Shown here: positions 1 through 10,559 of the stretch, piece by piece
Layout of the letters: every line of letters starts with the position of its first letter
How positions within the stretch are numbered: position 1 is the stretch's first letter
Assembly: GCA_965221205.1 (NCBI GenBank)
Contig: OZ244870.1
Coordinates: 1,038,065 to 1,102,064 of the forward strand
Direction of reading: 5' to 3'
Length of the DNA stretch: 64,000 nt
DNA from: a bacterium
GTDB taxonomy: Bacteria > SM23-31
Made by a program: the position numbers and the translations under genes
The notes under the pieces: model-generated
Databases searched by the model: none
Told to the model about the DNA's origin: nothing
Seen by the model: only the letters and a program-made list of their open reading frames with translations

Positions 1-55
1 AGGATTGAGTGTCTTACTGTGCCGTGATTTGATCTAACGAAAGGTTCAAACGCTG

Positions 56-2674
56 GTGTCGAACACATTACTGTTCAACGACCTCAAACATTCCGTAAGC
101 GGATGGCGGCGGTGCGGGTATCCTTGTGATGATTACCCGCTGATCGGCTCTATACTCGACTACCAAACGGAAAAGCACGAAGAAAAGCACGAAGACCGTT
201 CAACCCAGAAGTTTCTGCGCGATCCCCAGTTCCTTGCCCTTGAAGTGTACTGGTATGTCCGCATTGTGTTGAAAACCCCTCATATCATAGACCTTTACAA
301 ACATTACTACACGGAAGACAAAAAAGGCTTTTTTGATGCGATTGGCGTTTCCATACCAGGAGACGCTTTGGATTATGTGGAAATAGACGGGGTTATTAAA
401 AAAATCAAGGAAAATGAAGATTTTGTAAAAGAGAAGAAAATTCAAGCCCTGCATGAAGCCGCGAAACTGGGTTATCCAAGCTATATCCTCGCCCTGGCGA
501 TGGGCGCGGGTAAGACCGTGCTGATTGGCGCGATTGTTGCCATCGAATTCGCCATGTCCATGCGTTATCCCGAAGGCGAAATCAGGTTTATGAAAAATGC
601 CCTTGTCTTTGCTCCTGGCACAACCATTATCGAAAGCCTGCGGGAACTCAGCGGTATGCCCTACGAGAAGATTTTACCGCCCGACCTGAACCGTGATTTT
701 CTCGCCAATTTGAAGATTGAGTTTCCGGGCAAGGAAAAAGACATACAGGCACAGAGGGGCAGCAGTTATAACCTGATCGTCACGAATACCGAAAAAATCA
801 GTCTGCGCGCCAGACAGCGAAGCAACCAGGCACGACTGGCTTTTGAGCGCGAGGAAGTGCAGGCGAACCTGCTGCTCCAAAAAATCGCGAGTCTGCCGGG
901 TCTCGGAGTGTTTTCGGACGAAGCGCATCACACATACGGCAATACCTTCGACAAGTTAAAGCGAGTGCGGGAAACGATCAACTACATACACGATGAGCAG
1001 CCAATCGTTGCGGTCGTCAACACAACGGGAACGCCTTATTACAAGAAACAGCTCCTGAAAGAGGTGATTCTCTGGTATGGGCTTGGAGACGGCATCAGCG
1101 ATAACATTCTCAAAGACCTCAATAACGGGATTCACCAATACGACATCGGGGAGCAGTCGGAGCAGGGTGTGTTCCAGGATATCATCACGGTGTTTTTTAG
1201 CAGGTACGGTGATGTGTCGCTTCTCAATGGCGCGAAGGCGAAGATTGCTTTTTACTTCAAGACGCAGGAGCATCTGGAAACTTCCCGCGCCTTTATTGGA
1301 AGGGCAATGGCGGAGATGGGCGAGGATGTCTCCCAGATACTTGTGAACACGCAGAAATCCGGTGTCGCCGAGGTTGATGAATTCAGGAGACTGAACAATC
1401 CGACAAACCAGAAGCGGGTTATCCTGCTGATTGGCAAGGGTGTAGAAGGATGGAACTGTCCAAGCCTGTTTGCATGCGCCCTCATCAAGGAGCAGACGTC
1501 AAGCAGCAACTACGTTTTGCAGGCGGCGACACGATGTTTGCGGCAGGTTCCGGCAAACGCGCATTCGGCGAAGATATTCCTGGATTCCGGCAACGCAAAA
1601 ATTCTTGACAGGCAGCTGCAAGACAACTTCCGCACCGACCTTGACCGACTGAGTGCCGAAGCCGGGGAAAAGGAAACGGTCACCCTGCACATCCTCAAGA
1701 CGCAGCTCCCCACACTGGAAATCACCCGCACCGTGAAAAGAGCGGTCAGAAAGGGAACGCCATACGTGAACATTCACCTGGAAAAACCAACAGCGGAGGG
1801 CCCGCCCCCTATATTGCGCGGCATATTCACGCCCGATTTTAGCGGACCGGGAGAAATACTGATGCCCACGGGCGAAATGAAGGAGCTGCCCGCGGGAGAG
1901 CGCATTGTGGATTGTCATTCCGCCGCCTGGAAAATAGCCTCACGATACCATGTGCCGGTTATGCCGGTCCTTGAACAACTCAAACGTCTTTATCCAAACA
2001 GGGAAATGCCCCACGAGCATTTGTACGGGCTGTTCCGGCAGGTGGAAAAACAGGGAGCGAACTACGAAACAGTGGAAGACAAAATAACCGAAGCGATGGC
2101 ATTGATTCGGGTGCGGGATGAGAACGGAAAGGATAGTTTTGAAAAAGAAAACGATGTGTATGTTCACCGCTTGCGGGTGCTGAAACGGACTCATGACCGA
2201 ATGAAAGATAATGGTCTGTTGGCCGAAAGTGAGGAATATGAGGATAAGCACGATGTGAGTTTCCACTACACTCCCTACAACTTTGACAGCGGGCCTGAAC
2301 GTTCCTTCTTTCGGCAGATTTTGTCCGTGCTCAATGCAGCCCCCGATGATGTGGAGGCGTTTTTGTTCACGGGCGGACTCACAGACCAAAAGAAAACCGA
2401 CTTTCATTTTGAGTATCTCGGCGAGGACAAACGCTACCATCGCTATTTTCCCGATTTTGTGATTGTGAAGAAAACGGGCGAGTTTTATATTATCGAGATT
2501 AAGGCGGAGAGTGAGCGGGGAGATAAAACAGTGGAGGCAAAAGCCAAGGCAGTGGAACGGCTGCGAAATTTGCAGCCGGATAAATTCAAATATCAGGTGG
2601 TCTATACATCAACGACCATAACCCCACAGAACATCAAGCCCGTTACGGGCTGGATAAACGTACAGGAGAATTAA
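56..2674 (+). CDS. res: Type III restriction enzyme Res subunit (SF2 helicase with C-terminal nuclease-like region)
   Basis: 872 aa ORF with GTG start after in-frame stop at 35-37; Walker A-like ALAMGAGKT, DEAH-like VFSDEAHH, C-terminal PD-(D/E)xK-like FPDFVIV..EIKAE; homologous in architecture to the second Res at 33598-36411. Confidence 0.8.
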   Translation: MSNTLLFNDLKHSVSGWRRCGYPCDDYPLIGSILDYQTEKHEEKHEDRSTQKFLRDPQFLALEVYWYVRIVLKTPHIIDLYKHYYTEDKKGFFDAIGVSIPGDALDYVEIDGVIKKIKENEDFVKEKKIQALHEAAKLGYPSYILALAMGAGKTVLIGAIVAIEFAMSMRYPEGEIRFMKNALVFAPGTTIIESLRELSGMPYEKILPPDLNRDFLANLKIEFPGKEKDIQAQRGSSYNLIVTNTEKISLRARQRSNQARLAFEREEVQANLLLQKIASLPGLGVFSDEAHHTYGNTFDKLKRVRETINYIHDEQPIVAVVNTTGTPYYKKQLLKEVILWYGLGDGISDNILKDLNNGIHQYDIGEQSEQGVFQDIITVFFSRYGDVSLLNGAKAKIAFYFKTQEHLETSRAFIGRAMAEMGEDVSQILVNTQKSGVAEVDEFRRLNNPTNQKRVILLIGKGVEGWNCPSLFACALIKEQTSSSNYVLQAATRCLRQVPANAHSAKIFLDSGNAKILDRQLQDNFRTDLDRLSAEAGEKETVTLHILKTQLPTLEITRTVKRAVRKGTPYVNIHLEKPTAEGPPPILRGIFTPDFSGPGEILMPTGEMKELPAGERIVDCHSAAWKIASRYHVPVMPVLEQLKRLYPNREMPHEHLYGLFRQVEKQGANYETVEDKITEAMALIRVRDENGKDSFEKENDVYVHRLRVLKRTHDRMKDNGLLAESEEYEDKHDVSFHYTPYNFDSGPERSFFRQILSVLNAAPDDVEAFLFTGGLTDQKKTDFHFEYLGEDKRYHRYFPDFVIVKKTGEFYIIEIKAESERGDKTVEAKAKAVERLRNLQPDKFKYQVVYTSTTITPQNIKPVTGWINVQEN

Positions 2675-2676
2675 AC

Positions 2677-3066
2677 ATGAAAACGTAAAAGTTATTTATC
2701 AGTCATTCTTGGACGTATTCGGACGACTATGAGCGACTTAAGAAGTTACTATAGGAAAGAAGCTACTTTCATTTCAGAAAATACTCTGTGGAAAGTGATG
2801 AACCTAAAAATAATTGGGAAGAGATAGAACGTAATATAAAGTGGTCTACCGTCGTTGTCGTTATTGCAGGTGTGTATGCCAGTTATAGTTCATCAATAAA
2901 AAGAGAAGTGCGGTTGGCTAAACAAAATTCCAAGCCTACACTCGCTATTATTCCCTGGGGGAGTAACAGGACATCAGATATAAAAAATAAATGTGATGTT
3001 GTTGTCGGAGGGTACACCGACAGCATTGTCTCGGCAATAAAGGAATTGGCAAATGGATCAAGATAG
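2677..3066 (+). pseudogene. TIR-like (DUF1863/ThsB-like) domain protein interrupted by two in-frame stop codons
   Basis: Single reading frame from ATG 2677 to TAG 3064-3066 reads MKT*KLFISHSWTYSDDYERLKKLL*ERSYFHF..VVVVIAGVY..LAIIPWG; in-frame TAA at 2686-2688 and TAG at 2752-2754; FISHSW start and later hydrophobic core resemble TIR-like/ThsB architecture. Confidence 0.45.
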
Positions 3067-3508
3067 ACAGGAGCTTTTGGAAATCTATAAGCTTCACGCC
3101 GAACTTGCGGACAGGGTGAGCCAGAGACGGGAGGGGGCAAACAGGCTTTATGTAAGTCTGCTCGCGGGCATTTTTATTCTCCCTGCCGCTTTTCTAAAAT
3201 ATGGGACGGAAACCATTCCTGATTGGGTTATTGTGCTGGTAGCAGCTATTTTAGGCGGTTTTCTTTTTTTGTCGTGGTGTCTTATTATTCGTTCCTATTA
3301 TCGATTGGATAGGAGGAAATGCAAGGTATTGTGCGAGTTGGAAAAAAAACTTGTCTACCCTTTTTTCAAGCGCGAACGGGAGTTACTGGAAGAAGAAAAA
3401 AATATAAATAAATCTTGGGAGCTTATAGAGATTGAACATTTTCTTCCTTTTGGTTTCTTTATGGTTTTGCTGTACTTGTTTGTGTTTGGTGTCATCTATT
3501 TTTTTTAA
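3053..3508 (+). CDS. Small two-TM membrane protein, SLATT-like effector candidate
   Basis: 151 aa; N-terminal charged helix then two hydrophobic helices (LYVSLLAGIFILPAAFL and WVIVLVAAILGGFLFLSWCLII) plus hydrophobic C-terminus; ATG overlaps the end of the TIR-like ORF by 14 nt. Confidence 0.5.
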   Translation: MDQDRQELLEIYKLHAELADRVSQRREGANRLYVSLLAGIFILPAAFLKYGTETIPDWVIVLVAAILGGFLFLSWCLIIRSYYRLDRRKCKVLCELEKKLVYPFFKRERELLEEEKNINKSWELIEIEHFLPFGFFMVLLYLFVFGVIYFF

Positions 3509-3512
3509 TCAA

Positions 3513-5360
3513 ATGAACCCTCCCCTCAAAATAACCCCAGTAAAAGGCCGTCCGATGCTTCATTGGGTTGGCAAGAAGCCGCTCGATGTTGTCCGGCATT
3601 ATCCCGCGCAGTTGTGTGAAAGTGTTGGCGTTGAGAATCCACCTGTTGAGCCGTCTTATGCGGAATTCATCGAGAGCAACGCCAACCTGCTTTTTCACGG
3701 CGACAACAAGGAAATCCTGTCGTCTCTTTTGATCGCAGGGTTTCGGGGAAAGGTGGATTTAATCTACATCGACCCGCCGTTTGATTCCGGTGCGGATTAT
3801 GTCCGCAAGGTGAGGCTGCGCGGAGAGTCCGAAAGACTCGACGGTCAGGGCCACACTTTTCTGGAACAGGTGCAATACGAGGACATCTGGGCGAACGATA
3901 ACTATCTGCAATTCATGTATGAACGTCTGATTTTGATGCGGGAATTGCTGAGTGACACAGGAAACATCTTTCTGCAAGCTGATGACAAGAAAGGACACTA
4001 CTTGAAGATTCTTCTCGATGAAGTTATGGGAGAGAAAAATTACATCAATGACATTATTTGGCGCAAAGGAAGAGAAGGAGGCGGAGGCACGAAAGTTAAT
4101 CCTCCTCTGCCAACAGAATACCAAAACATCTATCTGTATGCCAAAAAACGCGACTCTCGAAAGTGGAACGCTCCACGCGGTCCCTATAACAAAAGCACTC
4201 TAAGTTCTTTGAAGAAAGATGAGAAGGGATGGTTTTATATGCGCGGTCGGATGGGACGACAGCCAAGACAATGGGAAATTGAAGCAGGCGTTGCGAGAAA
4301 AACTTATGTTAGTGAAAATCAGAACGAGTCAAGAGAGTCAGTTATACAAAGATTAACAACATTGGGAGGAAAGTTTGTCCTAATCGGGGACGTTTGGGAT
4401 TCTTATCTTATCAAAAATTCAACAAAAACCAATTACCCTACAGAGAAACCTGAGGCGTTGCTTGAGATTGCCATAAAATCGGGTACTGATGAAGGTGGAA
4501 TTGTTTTGGACTGCTTTTGCGGTTCCGGCACCACCGCTGCCGTTGCCGAGAAACTGGACCGCCGCTGGATCATGGCGGACATGAACAAGGGAGCGATTCA
4601 GACAACCATCAAAAGGTTGCAGGGTGTTATGGAGAAGAAAAGCAGCGACCTTGTAGAGAAAAACGGGCGCGGGCTTATTCACTATCGGGTGAACAACTAC
4701 GATTACGATGCCGCTGACCAGAATGAACTCAAGAAAATTATCGTTTCCAAATACGGCGTTCAGACAGACCGCAAGGATCTGTTTTTTGACGGAGTGGTTG
4801 GCGACGGGCAACTGGCGAAAATTGTTGACCTGGACAAACCGCTGACGCAACTGGACATTCAGATTATCAAGGATGAAATCGCACAGAACCGACCGGATGA
4901 GATGCGGGATATTACGGTTTTTTGCAACGGCTCGGAACTGGGAATTATGGGAGAACTTGCCAGGGAGAAAAACCCAATCAATACAATCACCGTCCGCGAC
5001 ATTCAACAGGATGGAATGATCACAAACCAGCCCGCCGAGGCAGAGGTTGAGATCAGCAAAAGCGGCGAAAGGGTGAAGGTGAAAATTGTCGATTACATCA
5101 GCCCCGCCATACAGGCCCGGCTGGAGAGTGACCGCACCATTTTTGATGAACGGATTGACGACTTCCGGGCGCAGATTGACTGCGTGCTCATCGACACCGA
5201 TTACAACGGTGAACATTTCAGAATAGTGGAAAGCGACCTGCCGGAGAAAAAAACCGATTTCATCAGGGCTAAGTATGAATTCACGCTGCCCCGTGCTGGC
5301 GCGAAAGTGGCGGTGAAAATCGTGGATATGCTCGGTGAGGAAGTTTTGACGGTCAAATGA
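3513..5360 (+). CDS. mod: Type III DNA methyltransferase Mod (beta-class N6-adenine type)
   Basis: Motif IV IYIDPPFDSGADY precedes motif I LDCFCGSGTT; start taken at ATG 3513 (MNPPLK) just after the stop of the upstream ORF at 3506-3508, rather than the ORF-track start 3432. Confidence 0.8.
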   Translation: MNPPLKITPVKGRPMLHWVGKKPLDVVRHYPAQLCESVGVENPPVEPSYAEFIESNANLLFHGDNKEILSSLLIAGFRGKVDLIYIDPPFDSGADYVRKVRLRGESERLDGQGHTFLEQVQYEDIWANDNYLQFMYERLILMRELLSDTGNIFLQADDKKGHYLKILLDEVMGEKNYINDIIWRKGREGGGGTKVNPPLPTEYQNIYLYAKKRDSRKWNAPRGPYNKSTLSSLKKDEKGWFYMRGRMGRQPRQWEIEAGVARKTYVSENQNESRESVIQRLTTLGGKFVLIGDVWDSYLIKNSTKTNYPTEKPEALLEIAIKSGTDEGGIVLDCFCGSGTTAAVAEKLDRRWIMADMNKGAIQTTIKRLQGVMEKKSSDLVEKNGRGLIHYRVNNYDYDAADQNELKKIIVSKYGVQTDRKDLFFDGVVGDGQLAKIVDLDKPLTQLDIQIIKDEIAQNRPDEMRDITVFCNGSELGIMGELAREKNPINTITVRDIQQDGMITNQPAEAEVEISKSGERVKVKIVDYISPAIQARLESDRTIFDERIDDFRAQIDCVLIDTDYNGEHFRIVESDLPEKKTDFIRAKYEFTLPRAGAKVAVKIVDMLGEEVLTVK

Positions 5361-5834
5361 TTCGGCTCTGTATAGAGATGCCCTAAAACGGTATATGAGA
5401 TATGAATGAAGAAGTTACGAATCACCATGTCTATTGGACATTGTTCTGGTGAAGTGAAAGCACATGCAGGAAAAAAGGTATTCCACACGGTATGCGATCC
5501 AACGAAAAGAAATAAGATATTCATGGAAGGTGAAAATGGGGATAGGATTTTTAATCTTAAATTGAATAGATTTTTAGAAGATAATCTCCAAGATTTTTGT
5601 ACGGAAGCGATTGACTGGCGGGGGGCATGCGGAATTTTGGCTCCATAGTTATACGACTGAATTTTTATTTATCTATATAATTCCCATTTAAATTCAGGGT
5701 AACATTTGTACACATTTAGTCTTTTGGGTCGAATAAGAAAACATTTGATCCGATGTTTTATTCGGGAAATTGGTCACCACATTGGCAGGCAGGAATGAGT
5801 TTAAAAAGCCTGTCCTCACTTTCCATACATAGTC

Positions 5835-6113
5835 TTAATAATTTTTCAATTGAGATCTTCGATAAGTCACGACTAAGCAGTTCTTCTCTAACTTTTTTTT
5901 AAGCAGCGCCAAATAATATTCAATCCGTGCTTTTCTATCTTCGTGATGAGCTTTCAGAATGTTTTGATAATTCATTCGTTGAGCAGTCAAGCTGATTTCT
6001 CTTACCTGAATCTCTTTACTCCAGTTAATCAGTATTTGTTGTGAGACTTTCAGAGTCTTTGCGATCGTATCAAAGGTTTCACCCGCTGTTCTCAGTTCAA
6101 ACGAATGTATCTT
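5835..6113 (-). mobile_element. Degenerate transposase-like HTH ORF fragment (no ATG start)
   Basis: Minus-strand open frame reads KIHSFELRTAGETFDTIAKTLKVSQQILINWSKE..; pattern resembles transposase N-terminal helix-turn-helix; lies in an AT-rich gap between Mod and the next gene. Confidence 0.2.
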
Positions 6114-6302
6114 TCACTTCCTGCTTATTCATCATCACGTTCTATACAATTCAATACCAGGAGGAGAATATATGAGTTGAGTATGGATGGTTGCTTTTTT
6201 GAATTCAGATCAGGCAAATCTTCATCTTCAACCTCAGGGGACACACAGAAAAAAGGTCTTCTTGAAATGTCAAACCCTAAAGTGTAACATTGCAAATAAT
6301 CA

Positions 6303-9014
6303 TCAATACGAAAACCAGTGGTTAAATTTCACGAGAAAGACATTCGTCGGGTAGAGGTCGAACAAGTCACGGACATCGTCATTAAATGCGAAGGTGCCCG
6401 GCCGGCCGTCGCCAGTCCTGCCCTGTGACCAGACGAGAAACAGCGTCGATCCCGGATTGTACTCCCACCTGACAACGAGATTCGACCGGAACTGAAGAAA
6501 ATTGAATTCGGGATTCTCGAAGGAATACACAGCCCCATCATCGACAGTATACTCATCACTCGCAGCATCATAGGTAATTTCACCATCGGTAAAATTCCGG
6601 AACCGATCGGTGTAATTATCCGCCCGCTGATTGGTGGTTTTCTTGAAATTGCTGTATTGGCCGTTGGAGATAAAAGGCTGGCCGTAATACTCAATAGTAA
6701 ATGTCGGTGTAATGCTGTAACTTGCACGAGTCACAATCCCAAGCGTTTCCTGATTCAATTCACCAAAGACATAACGCCGCGGCCCGCCGTTTGATTCAAA
6801 CGTGTCAACATATTGGAGGTTCATCGAATGTTTCGTAAAAGTCGGATTGATATTAAACGAAAATGAACTGCTCGGGCGAAACGTCGTTGTTACCTGATGC
6901 TGCTTCATATACGATTTATCGTCATCCCAGATATCCCATGTGTATCTGTACGAAACCTGTATATTTCTCCGCGTATCAGAACTGATGTTGGTATGCGAAT
7001 GCCAGATTCCGGGGTTGATAAAATATGGGCCGCCGCGAAGAACAGTTTTAGTCAGGCCTTCATCATACCGGTGAGAACCTATGCCGAATCTTCCATAATT
7101 TTTAAGAATACTGTCAAAATGTAAATCCACACCCGATTTAATGTCATCAGCAAACGCAATCTTTTTCCCGTCAAAATCCCATACACTGTTCTGCTTGAAT
7201 TTTAAGGTAAAACTTCTGAAGAGCCAACTCGGATTATACGACCAGTACTCCAATGCCGCAACTTCACCGACAAAATCCGCTTCTTTCAGGAATCCGATAT
7301 CGTTCAATTCCAGTCCCGGTGACCGCCATGTCGTCAAGAGGCTGTACTTGATATGCCCCTGACCAGCTTTCCCTATCGTAAATGTTCCGCCGTGCCCGGA
7401 AAGTGATGTGGCTGTCGAATCGACTTCCACATGGTTGGCATCGGAACGTTGAAAGTAGCGGGATGAAGCGGTCTGAGCGCGGAGCATCGCCTCGCTGTTG
7501 CCCCGGATATGACTGAATACCGACATAAATGACAGAAAATAGTTTCTGTTATCCCAGGTATGAGAAAAATCAATTCCGCCGGTATAAGCCGCTTCATTCA
7601 GAAATTTGAGATGACTATCCTGAAGGTTCCGGTTCGTCGCTGTCACAATCCCACCCAGTCTTGTGTCGCCGCTTCTGAAATCTTGCTGTACCCGTCCGGC
7701 GAAATAGTTTGTCATCGGCTCAACGGTTGTTGATCCCCGTACCCCTAAGTTAAGAAAATCGGCTTTTTCCTCTACCGTGACTGCCTCGATGATGCCGATT
7801 GAAAGACCATTCTGTGTTTTGCCCGACAGTTTTGCTGCCGCCGCTATGCTCGATTGCAGTACAGGTTCTACATAATCGATATCGCCATCTTCTGGCGAAT
7901 ACTGCGGCGCTCTCCCGATCCGGCGGGAATAAAAAAGGTTGTCCTGCGAACTAAACCGTTGAAACCGCAAGGCATTTTGGGGACTACCGCTTCTCTGGAT
8001 ATTTTGAGACAAATTTTGTTTAATCTGATAATTAAAAATGTTCTTTCCTTCGGTAAAGAACGGCCGTTTTTCAGCGAAAAACGACTCAAAAGCCGTTAGA
8101 TTGACTTCGGAAGGATCGGCCTCAACCTGCCCGAAGTCGGGATTCACAGTCAGATCAAGAGTAATATCACTTGTCACGCCGATTTTAGCATCCACTCCGG
8201 CATGAAAATTGTTGTCCTGTCCGGATGCAAAAGGATTTCCGGCTTCTTCAAGCGATCTCTCCATACTGCTGAGGGTATAGGGCAATATCTCAATCCGGCG
8301 CGTTGTTCCGATATCTTGGATACCGCGCAGTTCTCCAAAGTGGCTGACCGTCCCGGCAGCGTCCCGGAAGAAAAACTGCCAGAATGAACGTTCCTCTTTT
8401 CTATAGAGTCTCCGCTCGATCTGCAGTCCCCAGACCTGTTCTTTCTGGTCGGAATACCGGAGCTGGCTGAACGGTATGCGCATCTCGGCAGTCCATCCCG
8501 ATTCATTGTGGGCAACGTCTGCGTACCAGACAGGATCCCACGTAATATCCTGTGTTTTTCCATCATTCGAAATAAACGTGTCACCTTTCACACCCGCAGC
8601 TGTAACCGTAAAATTGAACGCAGTTCGCCTGTCAAAATAGCTGTCGATACTGATGCTCACCCAGTCGCCGTCATTCACATCGCGGCGGGATCCGCGCCGT
8701 TCGATTTTTCCAGACTCATTATCATTCATACGGAAAGCAATACAAATATTTTCTTCGTCATAAATAATTTTAAAAGCAGTCGTTTGACTCGGCTCTGTCC
8801 CTTCATATGGCTGCCGCTGGGTAAATCCGCCTCCCCATTCAGCATACTGCCATGCCTCATCGTCCAGAATCCCGTCGATAACCGGACTGTTTGCGTCAAA
8901 AAGCTCTGCGGTATAGACTTTGTTTTCAACAAATCGGCCATTTTCCGTACCACTGTTCTGCGAATAGAGGGCAACCGGATAGAGCAGCATGAGCGTTATA
9001 ATAACGTTTTTCAT
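6303..9014 (-). CDS. Large secreted protein, DUF5916/CBM9-like family candidate
   Basis: 903 aa with N-terminal signal peptide (MKNVIITLMLLYPVALYSQ) and C-terminus ending in aromatic residues (HWFSY); family assignment from memory only. Confidence 0.55.
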   Translation of the reverse strand: MKNVIITLMLLYPVALYSQNSGTENGRFVENKVYTAELFDANSPVIDGILDDEAWQYAEWGGGFTQRQPYEGTEPSQTTAFKIIYDEENICIAFRMNDNESGKIERRGSRRDVNDGDWVSISIDSYFDRRTAFNFTVTAAGVKGDTFISNDGKTQDITWDPVWYADVAHNESGWTAEMRIPFSQLRYSDQKEQVWGLQIERRLYRKEERSFWQFFFRDAAGTVSHFGELRGIQDIGTTRRIEILPYTLSSMERSLEEAGNPFASGQDNNFHAGVDAKIGVTSDITLDLTVNPDFGQVEADPSEVNLTAFESFFAEKRPFFTEGKNIFNYQIKQNLSQNIQRSGSPQNALRFQRFSSQDNLFYSRRIGRAPQYSPEDGDIDYVEPVLQSSIAAAAKLSGKTQNGLSIGIIEAVTVEEKADFLNLGVRGSTTVEPMTNYFAGRVQQDFRSGDTRLGGIVTATNRNLQDSHLKFLNEAAYTGGIDFSHTWDNRNYFLSFMSVFSHIRGNSEAMLRAQTASSRYFQRSDANHVEVDSTATSLSGHGGTFTIGKAGQGHIKYSLLTTWRSPGLELNDIGFLKEADFVGEVAALEYWSYNPSWLFRSFTLKFKQNSVWDFDGKKIAFADDIKSGVDLHFDSILKNYGRFGIGSHRYDEGLTKTVLRGGPYFINPGIWHSHTNISSDTRRNIQVSYRYTWDIWDDDKSYMKQHQVTTTFRPSSSFSFNINPTFTKHSMNLQYVDTFESNGGPRRYVFGELNQETLGIVTRASYSITPTFTIEYYGQPFISNGQYSNFKKTTNQRADNYTDRFRNFTDGEITYDAASDEYTVDDGAVYSFENPEFNFLQFRSNLVVRWEYNPGSTLFLVWSQGRTGDGRPGTFAFNDDVRDLFDLYPTNVFLVKFNHWFSY

Positions 9015-9226
9015 AATTCTAGTTCTTCATTACAGTGTTTCTTGCTCAATTTAACTAATTTCTGATATTAGTACAATCAGAATTACAGATTTTTCAAGAA
9101 AAAACGGGTTTTTTCAGCAAAATACCATCGAATTTATACGCATATAGACTCGACAAAAACTCCTTAATACAACTTGTGCATATTTAGGTGGTTATTTGTG
9201 GGAACTGGGATCATTGCAAGTGTTTC

Positions 9227-10559
9227 TCACACGTATATTATAACGAAGGAAGGCTGCAATTTATATATGGTATTACTATCAGTATTTTTATACATATTTC
9301 TCGTATCAAAGATGCACGTGCTGTTTGCCTCCAGGTAACCGTAGTCGATTTTCTCGTGGGCAGTCACAACCACCACACAATTATACGATTGTAACAACTT
9401 TTTATCATCAAGATCGATAGAATTATAGGTCGTTCCATTCAGATGTTCAAATGTGTCTACATACGGATCATGATAATCAGCATAACACCCGAACTCTTTC
9501 AGCAGTTCGATTAATTCAAGCCCCGGAGGATTCCCGCAGGTCGTTCACGTTTTCTTTATAAGGGATACCCATTAATAGAATTTTCGCATCTTTCAGGGAA
9601 ATCCCCTTCTCATTGACAATTCGCAGCAGCTTATTAATAACAAACCGGGGCATATTACCGTTAATGTCAGTCGCAAGATCGATGGATCGGTTGTAAAAAT
9701 TGAAACTGCGCGCCTTGTAGGTAAGGTACATAGGATCGAGTGGGATACAATGTCCGCCTAATCCGGGGCCGGGCAAAAATTTCATGAATCCAAATGGCTT
9801 CGTCCCGGCAGCTTCTATTACCTGCCAAATATCGATCCCCAGCCTGTCGCACAGAATCGCCATTTCGTTGACAAGGCCGATAGTAACCGCACGAAACGTG
9901 TTCTCAAGCAGTTTCACCATTTCCGCTTCTTCTGACGTAGTGACAGGGTGAATTTCTGAGATAATATGTTCATAGAGCAGTTGTGCAATCTCTCTGCGTG
10001 CAAGTGTAATACCCACGATCACCTTGGGAATGTTCTTCGTGGTATATTTCTTATTACCAGGATCAACACGCTCAGGAGAAAAAGCGATATAAAGGTCTTT
10101 GCCGATTACAAATCCCATTTTTTCAAACTCATAAGCAAGAAGCTCGCGCGCTGCTCACAGGATAAGGTGTGCTTTCCAGAACGATGAGCATGCCTTTACG
10201 AACATGCTTTTTTACCCCATCAACAGCAATCTTAATGTACGAGAGATCAGGCTCCTTCGATTTGTTGAGTGGCGTTGGAACGGTTATGCAGATACAATCC
10301 GCATCGTTCAACTGCAAATAATCGGTGTAAACTTCAAAATGGCCGTTTTTTGCCGTTATTGACAGCATTGCTGACTTCCCGGTCTAATATACGATGTCCC
10401 GCTTTTGAGCTGTGAAATTTTCTCTTTGGCACTATCGATGCCCACCACACGGTAACCGGCCCGAACAAATTCGAGGCTTAACGGCAGCCCAACATAGCCG
10501 AGACCGATGACCCCGATTCGGGCGCTTTTGGCGTTGATCTTTTTACGTATCTGTTCCAT
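9227..10559 (-). pseudogene. Nucleotide-sugar dehydrogenase (UDP-glucose/GDP-mannose dehydrogenase family), multiply frameshifted
   Basis: Three ORF-track pieces in different frames: 10356-10559 (Rossmann GLGYVGLP), 10129-10368 and 9516-10118 (GGHCIPLDP catalytic region); a fourth C-terminal piece without ATG (ELIELLKEFGCYADYHDPYV..) runs to a TGA at about 9227. Confidence 0.7.

Noticed and set aside
1077-2440. Internal and antisense ORFs inside the first Res gene (for example 1499-1918 and 1940-2440 on the minus strand)
   Set aside because: Fully contained in the long helicase frame, which carries the recognisable motifs
3432-3512. ORF-track start of Mod at 3432 (MNIFFLLVSLWFC..)
   Set aside because: This N-terminal extension overlaps the preceding gene by 77 nt; the ATG at 3513 directly after the upstream stop is the more likely start
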